Part shown: piece by piece, positions 19,005 through 28,170 of the stretch
How positions within the stretch are numbered: position 1 is the first letter of the stretch
How the letters are laid out: every line of letters starts with the position of its first letter
IMG/VR virus record: IMGVR_UViG_3300048999_000192
Coordinates: 91,099-155,098 of that record
Reading direction: 5' to 3' (one strand)
Source of the DNA: a virus
DNA: 64,000 nt
The notes under the pieces: generated by a model
Databases searched by the model: none
Seen by the model: the letters and a program-made list of their open reading frames with translations, nothing else
What the model was told of the DNA's origin: nothing
Translations under genes and position numbers: made by a program

Positions 19005-22000
19005 ATGCTGCGGAAGATCGCGACGCTGGAAACGCTGGAGGCGTACCGGGTCCCGGCGCACGCCGACGCACGCGCCCTGCGCAAGGCCGCCCACCGGGTG
19101 AGCTTCGAGTACACCCCCCGCCCGGGGTACCTCTACGTGCGTTCGCGGGCCATCAGCTCCCGGTGCAACGACAACTTCGACGAGTTCCCAGCCGAGGAGA
19201 TCGCGAAGGCCTACGCGACCTTCAAGGGCAAGCCGGTGTTCGTCAACCACCACAACGACGACCACCGGCGGATGCGTGGCGTGATCATCGACGCCGCACT
19301 GCATCAGGATCGCAACCCCGACGGCACCCCGGACACCTGGGCCGAGGTCCTGATGGAGGTCGACGCCAAGACCTTCCCCAAGCTCGCCAAGGCGATCCTG
19401 GCCGGTGAGGTCGACCGTACGAGCATGGGCTGCGACGTCCAGCTCTCGGTCTGCTCGGCGTGCGGCAACAAGGCCACCAACCCGGCGGAGTACTGCCAGC
19501 ACATCCCGGCCATGAAGGGCCAGCGCATCTTCCGCGCCACCGCCTCCGGCCAGCGCGAGGGGCACCTGGTCCGGGAGATCTGCTACGGCCTGGGCTTCTT
19601 CGAGAACTCCCTGCTCGTCGAGGAGCCCGCCGACCCCACCGCCTACTTCCTCGGCGTGGACGACCGTGGCATGAGGGCGACGGCCACTCAGCACGGCGAA
19701 GAGCCGCCCGGATGGATCAACGACGTCAAGGACCAGGCGGATGAGCTGGCGAGCCGTAACGGCCACAGCATCTCCTGGAAGTACCGAGGCGAGCCCCAGT
19801 GGAAGAGCAGCTCGGGTTACGTCGCAGGCTGGCAGGGCGAATGCGCCAACGATGGGTGTGATGCTCCGGCCAGTCAGACCAGCCGGGCTCACACGGACAA
19901 GGTCCGCACCATCAGCATCCGCGAGGACCAGCCCGGCGAGCTGAAGGACATGATGCCGCCGTTCCTGCGGCGACGCTGCAAGGGGACCACGGTGGAGTCC
20001 AGCCGGAAGACGGCGGCCGAAGATCACTGGGCCATGCCGATCTTCCAGCACTTGAAGGACGCGCACGGCCTGGATGACGATCAGATCGCCGAGGGCATGC
20101 TCGCCGCCGGAGCCGAGCCGAACATGAACCAGGGCATCAAGCTCGACCATCTGTTCCACGCCCACAAGAACCTGCACGGCGGGGACTACCAGACACCGAC
20201 CGGCGCGCAGCGGCACGGGCACACCCCCGAGGACCCGCTGATCTCCAGCGAGTTCAGGCCCTCACGCATGCAGATGAATCAGTCGGAGATCTACAACGAC
20301 AAGCCCGCCTGGGGACCGAGGAGTCTCGGCCCGTACCGGATGCGGGCGGACGAATACGGCGATTTCAAGCCTCTTCGGCAGTCGCAGAACGCCAAGACGG
20401 CCGACGTCCGCCACAACCCGCAGTACGAGGGCACCCATTGCCTGATGTGCGGCGACCCGGTTCGCTGGAATTCCAACCCGGCCAAGCAGAGCCTGCCCAG
20501 CGGGGGCTGGTACCACCACGACAGCATCAAGCGCGATCACCACGCGCTCCCGGCTGACCCGGAGGCCGTGATGAACGACGTCCCTCGCCAGGACGCCCAG
20601 CGAGACCAGATCGACGCGCAGATCCGCGAGCAGTACGGCTTCGGCCCCAAGCGGCACAAGGACATGCCGCTGGACCCCTTCGTATCCGCCTACGCGCCCG
20701 AGCTGGACGAACTCGGCCCGGTCGAGGCCGCCGCCGGTCCGAAGTACCCCGACCCGGCCGATCACCCGTTCTTCAAGAAGAACCCGATCAACCATCAGCA
20801 CATCGTCGACACCTACAACGAATCCGACGAGGGCACGCGGGCGCAGGGCAAGCGCTGGTACCCCGACGCGCACATCCTGGCCAAGGCGATCGACCCCGAG
20901 GGCAACGCGGCGCGCGGCGCTGGCGTGCTGTCGGCCTACTCCCCACAGACCTCCTGGCCGGTCAACGCCATGAACGCCGCCCGGTCCCTGCAGCGTGGCA
21001 AGGCCATGCAAAAGGGCGAGGGCCAGATCATGGCCAGTCACGCCAAGAGCGCCCAGCGCATCATCGAAGGCGAGCACCACAGCGACGTCTTCAAGGGCCC
21101 CAAGATCCGGGCGTTCGCCCACCTGATCGAGCACGGCGGTGATGACCACTCCGTCGTGGTCGACCGGCACGCGCTCTCGGTGGCCATGGGCAAGCGCGTC
21201 AGCAAGGACGACCTCGCCGACGCGCCGCTGAGCACCCCGCACTACTACGGCCACGTCGAGCGGGCCTACCAGGACGCGGCCAAGCAACTGTCCGGCCAGC
21301 ACGGTGAGACGATCCACCCGCACGAGGTGCAGGCGACCACCTGGCTGCAGCAGCAGAAGCGCAACGCGGTCGACAACGAGACCGCCCGGGGCGGCCAGGG
21401 CAAGGGCCTGATCACCCGGGACAAGAACGACTGGCGCGACTGGGAGAACTACCACCAGAAGAACCACCCGGACCTGCCCAAGAGCCTGCACACCACCAAC
21501 CCGCACGCCCCCAAGACCGAGGCGATGCGCAAGGGTGCGCCGTTCGCGGGCTATGAGGACTTCGCGGCGTGTGTCGCGGCCAACCAGGACAAGGACGACC
21601 CCGAGGCCTACTGCGGCTCGATCAAGCACAAGGTCGAGGGTGCCCAGCACACCGCCGCGCACAGGGTCTACGTCGACCAGGCCGAGGGCAGTCACGGCCG
21701 GATGGTCACCTTCAGCGGCGAGGACAAGGGCGGCTACCTCAGCCGGGGCGACGGCACGTGGATGGCCGAGAACGACAACGGCTCGGTGGTGCACGAGCAC
21801 CGCGACCACAAGCGGGCCCTGCGCGGCCTGGCCGATCACTACGGCCTGACCGGCGATCTCGACGTCGAGTACACACACGAGGGCACCGGGAACAGGAAGA
21901 ACTTCACCGTCCCGGGCAAGACGGCCGCGCTGAACGACGTCGTGGCCCCGCCCGAGGTCGACACGCTGCGGGATGAGGAGTGCCCGGTCTGCGGTGAGGT

Positions 22001-23522
22001 CGAGGTCTACGACGGGGAGCGGTGCCCGGTCTGCGGGTTCGTCGCGCCGCCGGAGATGTTCCGCGACCCGGACCTGGAGATGGCCAAGTCGATCGACCTG
22101 CGTCAGGACCAGCAGGCGCAGGCCGGTGACCCGGCGCCAGGCCAGGCCAACCCGGACGTGCCCGGTGGCGGCCTGGTCGACCCGTCCCAGCTCGGCGATG
22201 ACCCGCTGGCCGACCAGCTCCAGCATCCGGACCAGCTCGGCCCGAATGGCGAGATGGGCGAGCCCGGTACGCCAGGCGACGGCACGCCGGACCTGTTCTG
22301 CCCCGCCTGCGGCGAGGGCTTCGACGCGGGCCAGCCGATGACCACCGATGGTGACCCCGCCACGCTGGACGCCAGCGGCCCGGCCGAGGGCACCCCGTGC
22401 CCGAACTGCGGGATGTCCACCCTGCTCTCCCCGAACGACATGGAGGGCATGGGCATCGGCCCCGACGGCGAGCAGGCCGTCGCTGAGGAGGCCGAGGAGA
22501 TGGGCGACCGGCCGATGGATGCCGGAACCCCCGAAGAGGACCCGGAGGCTCCCCAGGAGGGTGAGGGGCCGCCAGAGCAGCAAGAGGAGGAGGGGCCGCC
22601 GACCGAGGAGGACGACGATTCCGACGAGCCTGCTGTGGACGAGGACGACCAGCCCTCGAAGAAGCGAGACGACAAGAATGCAAAGGGAGCGTCCATGAGC
22701 AAGTCCGTCGAGGCGGCGCTGGCGGCGAACACGGCCGCTGTCGGTAGCCTCATGCGCGAGCTGCGCATCGTCCGAGCGCAGAACGACCTGATCGCCAAGG
22801 CAGCCGGTCTGGAGGGCGAGTTCTCCGAGATCCGCCGTCAGGCCGACATCAACAACCCGGCCAGCCCCGTGCCGGACCCGGGCGAGCAGGCCCCGTCCGA
22901 GACCACGGAAGAGGCGGTCACCCCTGAGGCGGCCGACGACCCGCAGCGTCCCGGCATGACCCCGGGCTCTGTCGGCGGTGTCCCGGCCGAGCAGGTCGAC
23001 ACCCCGCTGCGCCCTGGCGTCACCCTCCCGGCGGCACCGGCCACCAACCTGGTCGACGTCACCGCGCCGGTCGCGGGCACCAACACCGGCGAGCTCTCGC
23101 CGGAGCAGACCCGCATCGAGACCGACGTGCGCGTGGGCGACCCGATGGCGAACGCGAACAGCGACGAGTCCAAGATGTTCCCGTGGACCATCGGTGCTCA
23201 GAACGCCAACCGGACCATGGCCTCCATGCGTCTGGCCGAGCTGCGCATCGCGGCCAACCTCGCCCCTGCGGGCGACCGGTTCGCGCTGGCGGCCTCGATC
23301 GAGACCGACGCCAACCTCCCGGACGCCGCCCTGGCGACCGAGATCCGCACCCTGGAGGCCGTCTCCCGTACGGCCGCCCGCCAGCCGCGCCCGACCAACC
23401 TGGTCCCGCGTGCGGCGGCCACCGAAGGCCGTACGGCCCCGAGCCTGGCTCCCCAGCCGGTCGGTGCCCCGGTCGGCGGCGGCGGGTACGACGACACGGC
23501 CGACTCCGACCTGTTCTTCTGA
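19005..23522 (+). CDS. Capsid maturation (prohead) protease fused to cargo domains, Zn ribbons and a scaffold-like tail
   Basis: NDNFDEF..FKGKPVFVNH..RTSMGC..CSACGN..YCQH protease motifs; internal HhH-glycosylase-like module; lies just upstream of capsid genes; start taken as ATG 19005. Confidence 0.8.
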   Translation: MLRKIATLETLEAYRVPAHADARALRKAAHRVSFEYTPRPGYLYVRSRAISSRCNDNFDEFPAEEIAKAYATFKGKPVFVNHHNDDHRRMRGVIIDAALHQDRNPDGTPDTWAEVLMEVDAKTFPKLAKAILAGEVDRTSMGCDVQLSVCSACGNKATNPAEYCQHIPAMKGQRIFRATASGQREGHLVREICYGLGFFENSLLVEEPADPTAYFLGVDDRGMRATATQHGEEPPGWINDVKDQADELASRNGHSISWKYRGEPQWKSSSGYVAGWQGECANDGCDAPASQTSRAHTDKVRTISIREDQPGELKDMMPPFLRRRCKGTTVESSRKTAAEDHWAMPIFQHLKDAHGLDDDQIAEGMLAAGAEPNMNQGIKLDHLFHAHKNLHGGDYQTPTGAQRHGHTPEDPLISSEFRPSRMQMNQSEIYNDKPAWGPRSLGPYRMRADEYGDFKPLRQSQNAKTADVRHNPQYEGTHCLMCGDPVRWNSNPAKQSLPSGGWYHHDSIKRDHHALPADPEAVMNDVPRQDAQRDQIDAQIREQYGFGPKRHKDMPLDPFVSAYAPELDELGPVEAAAGPKYPDPADHPFFKKNPINHQHIVDTYNESDEGTRAQGKRWYPDAHILAKAIDPEGNAARGAGVLSAYSPQTSWPVNAMNAARSLQRGKAMQKGEGQIMASHAKSAQRIIEGEHHSDVFKGPKIRAFAHLIEHGGDDHSVVVDRHALSVAMGKRVSKDDLADAPLSTPHYYGHVERAYQDAAKQLSGQHGETIHPHEVQATTWLQQQKRNAVDNETARGGQGKGLITRDKNDWRDWENYHQKNHPDLPKSLHTTNPHAPKTEAMRKGAPFAGYEDFAACVAANQDKDDPEAYCGSIKHKVEGAQHTAAHRVYVDQAEGSHGRMVTFSGEDKGGYLSRGDGTWMAENDNGSVVHEHRDHKRALRGLADHYGLTGDLDVEYTHEGTGNRKNFTVPGKTAALNDVVAPPEVDTLRDEECPVCGEVEVYDGERCPVCGFVAPPEMFRDPDLEMAKSIDLRQDQQAQAGDPAPGQANPDVPGGGLVDPSQLGDDPLADQLQHPDQLGPNGEMGEPGTPGDGTPDLFCPACGEGFDAGQPMTTDGDPATLDASGPAEGTPCPNCGMSTLLSPNDMEGMGIGPDGEQAVAEEAEEMGDRPMDAGTPEEDPEAPQEGEGPPEQQEEEGPPTEEDDDSDEPAVDEDDQPSKKRDDKNAKGASMSKSVEAALAANTAAVGSLMRELRIVRAQNDLIAKAAGLEGEFSEIRRQADINNPASPVPDPGEQAPSETTEEAVTPEAADDPQRPGMTPGSVGGVPAEQVDTPLRPGVTLPAAPATNLVDVTAPVAGTNTGELSPEQTRIETDVRVGDPMANANSDESKMFPWTIGAQNANRTMASMRLAELRIAANLAPAGDRFALAASIETDANLPDAALATEIRTLEAVSRTAARQPRPTNLVPRAAATEGRTAPSLAPQPVGAPVGGGGYDDTADSDLFF

Positions 23523-23545
23523 TCGGAATCGGGTAGGAGGTCGCC

Positions 23546-23809
23546 ATGCAGAAGGTAACGATCAAGTCGGGCGCGAAGAACGTCGTGCTGCCCGACGGCA
23601 AGATGTACCAGGCGGGCGACACTGCCGTGCTCACCGACGAGGAGGCCTCCCAGCTCACCTCGGACGTGGTCACGAACTACCTGACGGCGGCTCCGGTCGC
23701 GGCCAGCGTCGGCGATGTCGACTCCCCGCAGAACGAGGCCACCGTGATCGGCGACGTCAGCTCGGAGTACGAGTCGAACAAGCCCACCAAGGACACCACC
23801 TACGGCTGA
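23546..23809 (+). CDS. Small capsid-region protein
   Basis: AGGAGG RBS, 87 aa. Confidence 0.75.
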   Translation: MQKVTIKSGAKNVVLPDGKMYQAGDTAVLTDEEASQLTSDVVTNYLTAAPVAASVGDVDSPQNEATVIGDVSSEYESNKPTKDTTYG

Positions 23810-23828
23810 CCCTCCGGAGGATGGTGAC

Positions 23829-23875
23829 GCGAACGGCCCGGCGGGCTTGGGGAGAGGACCGCCGGGCCGTTTCGC
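23829..23875 (+). terminator. Hairpin terminator
   Basis: AACGGCCCGGCGG...CCGCCGGGCCGTT. Confidence 0.7.
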
Positions 23876-23895
23876 ATTTCCGGGGTGATCGGCTT

Positions 23896-23933
23896 GCTGT
23901 CAAAACGGCCTCCGGAGCAGCCTGAAGAGGTGA
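23896..23933 (+). promoter_or_regulatory. Putative late promoter of capsid genes
   Basis: GCTGTC-N22-GAAGAGGTGA. Confidence 0.65.
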
Positions 23934-24006
23934 AGGAGCCCGTCTCGCATCGGACATACGAGCGGACGGCAAAGTTGTCCGATAAGAAGAGATGGGAGGT
24001 GCAGGG

Positions 24007-24546
24007 ATGCTGCGGACTCGGCTGAATAACTCGTACATCAAGCGGACGATTCGACCGCTGTACGGGTTCACTCAGGCCACGCCCCAGAGCGTCTTCCTGG
24101 ACCCGTCGTGGGATCGCTCCACGCCGATCTACCCGGGCATGGCGCTGGTCAAGACGACCGGCGACCAGGTCACGCTGTGCGGTGCAGGTTCCGGTGCGGG
24201 TGGGGTTGGCACGGCTGCCAACAACATCCCGGTCGGCCTGTGCGGCCACTACATCGGTGGCGACGGCATTGACGAGCTGCTCGACGTCGGCATGAACATG
24301 CTGGCGAACTGGGTGCTCGCCCCCGACGCTCAGTTCGAGATCCTCGCCCCGGCGTTCGACACCACGGCCGACTGGGCCGGGGCGGACAACGGCGACGGCA
24401 CCGAGGACCTGATCTACGTCGCCACGGCCGCCGGATTCATCGGGAAGCTCACGCTGACCGGTGTCCACTCGCCGACGACCGCGCCGGTGGCGCGCCTCGT
24501 CAAGGCGAACTCCGCGACCAAGATCACGATTGCGGGGGTCCGATGA
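24007..24546 (+). CDS. Capsid decoration/minor capsid protein
   Basis: Directly upstream of and coupled to the major capsid gene; IYPGM motif; GGAGG before ATG 24007. Confidence 0.65.
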   Translation: MLRTRLNNSYIKRTIRPLYGFTQATPQSVFLDPSWDRSTPIYPGMALVKTTGDQVTLCGAGSGAGGVGTAANNIPVGLCGHYIGGDGIDELLDVGMNMLANWVLAPDAQFEILAPAFDTTADWAGADNGDGTEDLIYVATAAGFIGKLTLTGVHSPTTAPVARLVKANSATKITIAGVR

Positions 24547-25538
24547 GCAGCTACCTGATGCCGTCGGCAAACGGCAGCCTGCGCGGCAAGGTCGCGAAGA
24601 AGTCTGACGACTACGTCGGCCAGATCCTGGCGCGGCGCGAGGGTGGGGCAGGCCCCCTCTCGCACCAGGCCAAGGTCCAGAAGATGGCCATGATCCTCAA
24701 CGACGAGGTCAACGGCTTCCGCCGCCTCGGCGTCGGGATGGTGGGGCCCATCCAGCTCAAGCTGCGCTACCAGGGCATCACCCGGAACGTTCTCGTCGAG
24801 GACGCCGTCACCCCCGGCACGCCGGTGGAGTACGACGTCTGGGACGACCTCGGCCAGGCGTACCTGATGTCGGGCACGGAGGGCGAAGTTCGCGTAACGC
24901 CCTTCGAGGGCAAGAGGATCCCGGTGCGCTTCTGGCGCATCGCGAGCCGCCCGGCGATCCGCAAGGAAGACCTCTACTACCTGCGGATCAACGCCGTCGA
25001 GCAGGCCCAGGACGAGACCAAGCAGGCCATCCTGAAGGCGGAAGACTCCCGCCTCCTGGTGCTCCTGCAGGCCGCCGTGACGGACTACGCGTCGCGCCCG
25101 GACCACACGGTCACGCCCAACCACAACATCACCGAGGCGTCGGGCTACCTGACCCCGGGCTCGCTGTACAGCGCGGTCGCGATGACCGACATGCACGAGC
25201 TCCAGTCGGCCCGCATCCTCATCAACCCGTTCGACTTCCGCGACCTCTACCGGTGGGACATCAACGCCACCGGCTGGGCGTTCAAGGACCGGGTGGTCGC
25301 CGGTGAGACCATCACGTCGTTCGGTGAATTCCAGATCCAAAGGTCGATCATCGTCCCCCAGGGGAAGATCTTCCTGACCCCGGAGCCCAATTTCCTGGGC
25401 GTCTTCCCGGTGCTCTACTCGCTCGATGTCGAGGAGAACCACCACGTGGAAGCGTTCTGGAAGGGATGGGTCTTCGACGAGATGGTCTCCATGGCCATTC
25501 TCAACCCGCGCGGAATCGCGACCATCACCAAGTCCTGA
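24543..25538 (+). CDS. Major capsid protein (HK97 fold, Bxz1-like)
   Basis: 331 aa; MVGPIQLKLRYQGITRNVL, AEDSRLL, MAILNPRGI; followed by terminator. Confidence 0.85.
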   Translation: MSSYLMPSANGSLRGKVAKKSDDYVGQILARREGGAGPLSHQAKVQKMAMILNDEVNGFRRLGVGMVGPIQLKLRYQGITRNVLVEDAVTPGTPVEYDVWDDLGQAYLMSGTEGEVRVTPFEGKRIPVRFWRIASRPAIRKEDLYYLRINAVEQAQDETKQAILKAEDSRLLVLLQAAVTDYASRPDHTVTPNHNITEASGYLTPGSLYSAVAMTDMHELQSARILINPFDFRDLYRWDINATGWAFKDRVVAGETITSFGEFQIQRSIIVPQGKIFLTPEPNFLGVFPVLYSLDVEENHHVEAFWKGWVFDEMVSMAILNPRGIATITKS

Positions 25539-25552
25539 TTCGCGCAATTCTT

Positions 25553-25588
25553 CAGAACGGCTCCCGGCTCCTGTCGGGGGCCGTTCTG
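25553..25588 (+). terminator. Terminator after major capsid gene
   Basis: CAGAACGGCTCCCG...CGGGGGCCGTTCTG. Confidence 0.7.
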
Positions 25589-25699
25589 CATGTGCGAGCA
25601 GGGTTGAGCCCAGCGAAGGGATGAGCCGGGTCACGTCCCCGTCCCCGGCCGATACGCCGCCCGTTCCGTGCACCCCCGTCGCGGGGCGGGCGGCCCCCT

Positions 25700-25735
25700 C
25701 CTGCTCGATGCGCCCTCCGGCCGCCGAAGAGGTGA
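25700..25735 (+). promoter_or_regulatory. Putative late promoter
   Basis: CCTGCT-N20-GAAGAGGTGA. Confidence 0.55.
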
Positions 25736-25759
25736 GCCAGCCGTCGTAGGAGGAGACCC

Positions 25760-26542
25760 ATGCCGATCCCCAGCCATCACAACCCAGGGGATGCGGGGCA
25801 CGCCGCCGACCACAACGCGATCGTTGACACGCTGACGAGCCAGGCAGGGGCGATCTCGACCCTGCAGAGCACGACCGTCGGCCTGTTCTACGTGGCGGGC
25901 GGCAACGTCACCAACATCGCCGACGGCACCACGACGTTCTCGCGCATCAACCTGCCGACCGGTGATCGTTCCAGCGCGGCCGACACCGTCCAGTACTACC
26001 ACGGATCGAACAAGATCTCCTGGTTTGACGGCTATGGGCGCTTCCGCACCAAGACCGACGACCCGACCCACGTCCCCTCTGTCATCGACTCCGCCAGCGG
26101 CCAGACGGCGAACCTGGGCGAGTGGCGCGTCAACGGCGTCCTGAAGGCCAATGTCGACGCCAACGGCAACCTGGCGGCGACCAACGTCGGCTGGGGAGCC
26201 TGGACGGCCCTCACGCTCGCCTCGGGCTACAAGCGGAACCCCGACTTCGGCAATGCCATCCAGTACCGGATCAGCAAGGCGGGCGACGAGGTCCAGCTCC
26301 GGGGCAACATCGTCAAGACGAGCGGGGCCGACTTCTCCAGCAGCCCCTCCCAGATCGCCACGCTGCCCGCCGGGCTGCCCGCCCCGCCCAGCCACGTGTA
26401 CAAGGTCTGCGCTGCCCAGTTCTCCGGTACCGAGCATTCCATCCGGGCCGAGGTGCACGCGGACAAGACGCTCTGGATCTACTACGGCTACACGCCGAAC
26501 TGGATCTCGATCGACGGGCTGTCCTACTCGCCGCTGTCGTAG
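25760..26542 (+). CDS. Fibre/appendage protein with receptor-binding-like C-terminal domain
   Basis: GHAADHNAI N-terminus; WTALTL..VQLRGNI..IATLPAG..WISIDGLSY C-terminus typical of actinophage minor tail proteins. Confidence 0.7.
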   Translation: MPIPSHHNPGDAGHAADHNAIVDTLTSQAGAISTLQSTTVGLFYVAGGNVTNIADGTTTFSRINLPTGDRSSAADTVQYYHGSNKISWFDGYGRFRTKTDDPTHVPSVIDSASGQTANLGEWRVNGVLKANVDANGNLAATNVGWGAWTALTLASGYKRNPDFGNAIQYRISKAGDEVQLRGNIVKTSGADFSSSPSQIATLPAGLPAPPSHVYKVCAAQFSGTEHSIRAEVHADKTLWIYYGYTPNWISIDGLSYSPLS

Positions 26543-26568
26543 CGGGTAGCCGGGCTGAGAAGGTGTGA
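26533..26568 (+). promoter_or_regulatory. Putative late promoter (degenerate)
   Basis: GCTGTC-N20-GAAGGTGTGA. Confidence 0.5.
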
Positions 26569-26598
26569 CAAGGACTCGATTTCCTCCAGGAGGACCCC

Positions 26599-27153
26599 AT
26601 GCAGTTCGGCGGCACGGTGATGGCTCGCAACCTGATGGACGGCCCGACCGTCCTCTCCAGCGACCCCAAGGGCACCTTCGAAGTCCGTTGGGAGGGCAGG
26701 GGCGACCGGAACGGCGGCGACATCCAGTACATCCCGGATGAGATGCTGCGCATCCCGGCGTTCGCCCGTGCGGTCAAGCTGGGCGTCATCGAGATCGCCA
26801 ACCCGGAGGAGAACCCGGAGCTGCTGTCGGCCCTGGACAAGCAGGCGGCGGCGTTCCACCGGCTCCAGGAGAAGGCCCAGGAGGACATCCGGGCCACGAT
26901 CGACGACACCAAGGGCCGGGAGATGGTGATGCTCTCCTGCGTCGGCCCCTCGGCCAAGGGTCAGGGCGAATGCGGCGAGCTCGTCTCGATGTATGAGACC
27001 GAGAAGAACGAGAACCCGCCGCTGTGCCACCGCCACACCAACCTCGCATCGGAGTTCGTGCCGGTGAACGAGGGCCAGGACGAGCGCGAAAACAAGAAGG
27101 TCCGGTGGATCCGGGGCGTCATGAGCGACACCCCCATCGGCCTGCAGGTCTAA
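26599..27153 (+). CDS. Head-region hypothetical protein with C..C..C.RH metal site
   Basis: AGGAGG RBS, 184 aa. Confidence 0.75.
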   Translation: MQFGGTVMARNLMDGPTVLSSDPKGTFEVRWEGRGDRNGGDIQYIPDEMLRIPAFARAVKLGVIEIANPEENPELLSALDKQAAAFHRLQEKAQEDIRATIDDTKGREMVMLSCVGPSAKGQGECGELVSMYETEKNENPPLCHRHTNLASEFVPVNEGQDERENKKVRWIRGVMSDTPIGLQV

Positions 27154-27168
27154 GGAGGAAAGAGCCTC

Positions 27169-28164
27169 ATGTCCGACGAACGAGCGAAGCAGGACGCGGA
27201 GTTCGAGGAGGGTGCCCGGCAGGAGCCGGACGCCGCTCCCGCTGACGACCGTCCCCGCCACGTCCCCGACCCGACCGCGATGACCGGGAACCTGGACACC
27301 AGTGGCACCGGCGGCGCGGGTGGGCACTCCGAGCTGCGCAACATCGCGCCGATCTTCGACGTGGCTGAGGCTCACGACATGGCGTACGCCGCACGGGCGG
27401 TCGACCCCAACGACGACTCGGCCTCCTCGGACCACGTCACGGTCTTCACCGGCCTGTCGGTCGTGCAGGGCGACCCCGAGGGCGACCGCCAGCGGGTCAC
27501 CGACCGCGCCGCGCGGGCGCAGGAGCGCCTGAAGGACAACCCACTGGGCCGCAACCTGGACGACCGTGGCACCTACGTCCACGATCGTCGTGCGCGCGAC
27601 GAGCGCGCCTGGCAGGCCTCGGTCTCGGACATGGGCCCGGCGATCGTCATCGGCCCGCAGGAGCTCGGCGAGGCCCCGGCCGCGCCCAACTCCGTCATCG
27701 ACAACCGGCCGGAGGACGAGCGCTCTCCGGAGGGCGTGCCGACTCAGGAAGGCGCGCGGGAAGAGGACGACGCCGACCGCGAGCACGAGCGTCTGGAGGC
27801 CGAGCAGGCCCAGGGCGTCCAGGAGAACCGCGAGCGGATGAACGAGCAGGAGGCGGAGCAGGCGACCGCCGACGCCGACGCTCAGGAGCCCGTCACGGTC
27901 CAGGGTGAGGACGTCCAGCCCGAGGCCCCGGAGGAGACCCCCGAGCCCGCCAGCGAGCCGGAGAGCGAGCCTGAGGCCCCCGGCCCGAAGTCGGAGGAGC
28001 CGCACGCTCCGACCTCGGACGTGAAGGCCCCGAACAAGGCCAGCTCCAAGACCGAGTGGGTCGAGTGGGCCGTGGCCTGCGGAGCCGACCGCGAGGAGGC
28101 GTCGAACATGACCCGCCTCGAACTGATCAGCAACTACTCCAAGCTCCGGCCGAACGAGAGGTAA
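27169..28164 (+). CDS. Acidic low-complexity protein with small C-terminal helical domain
   Basis: AGGAGG RBS; PE-rich; ends KTEWVEWA..MTRLELI. Confidence 0.75.
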   Translation: MSDERAKQDAEFEEGARQEPDAAPADDRPRHVPDPTAMTGNLDTSGTGGAGGHSELRNIAPIFDVAEAHDMAYAARAVDPNDDSASSDHVTVFTGLSVVQGDPEGDRQRVTDRAARAQERLKDNPLGRNLDDRGTYVHDRRARDERAWQASVSDMGPAIVIGPQELGEAPAAPNSVIDNRPEDERSPEGVPTQEGAREEDDADREHERLEAEQAQGVQENRERMNEQEAEQATADADAQEPVTVQGEDVQPEAPEETPEPASEPESEPEAPGPKSEEPHAPTSDVKAPNKASSKTEWVEWAVACGADREEASNMTRLELISNYSKLRPNER

Positions 28165-28170
28165 CGAGTC

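Noticed and set aside
5698-23440. DNA palindrome CGTACG(GCC) encoding many RTA junctions as a possible recombination site
   Set aside because: It also occurs mid-domain in tail genes (e.g. ~49730, ~55975), and CGTACG is a commonly favoured hexamer in Streptomyces-like genomes, so codon-pair bias explains it
19005-23522. Inteins as the cause of the oversized head proteins
   Set aside because: No C/S-start...HN-C/S/T splice junctions or LAGLIDADG motifs seen
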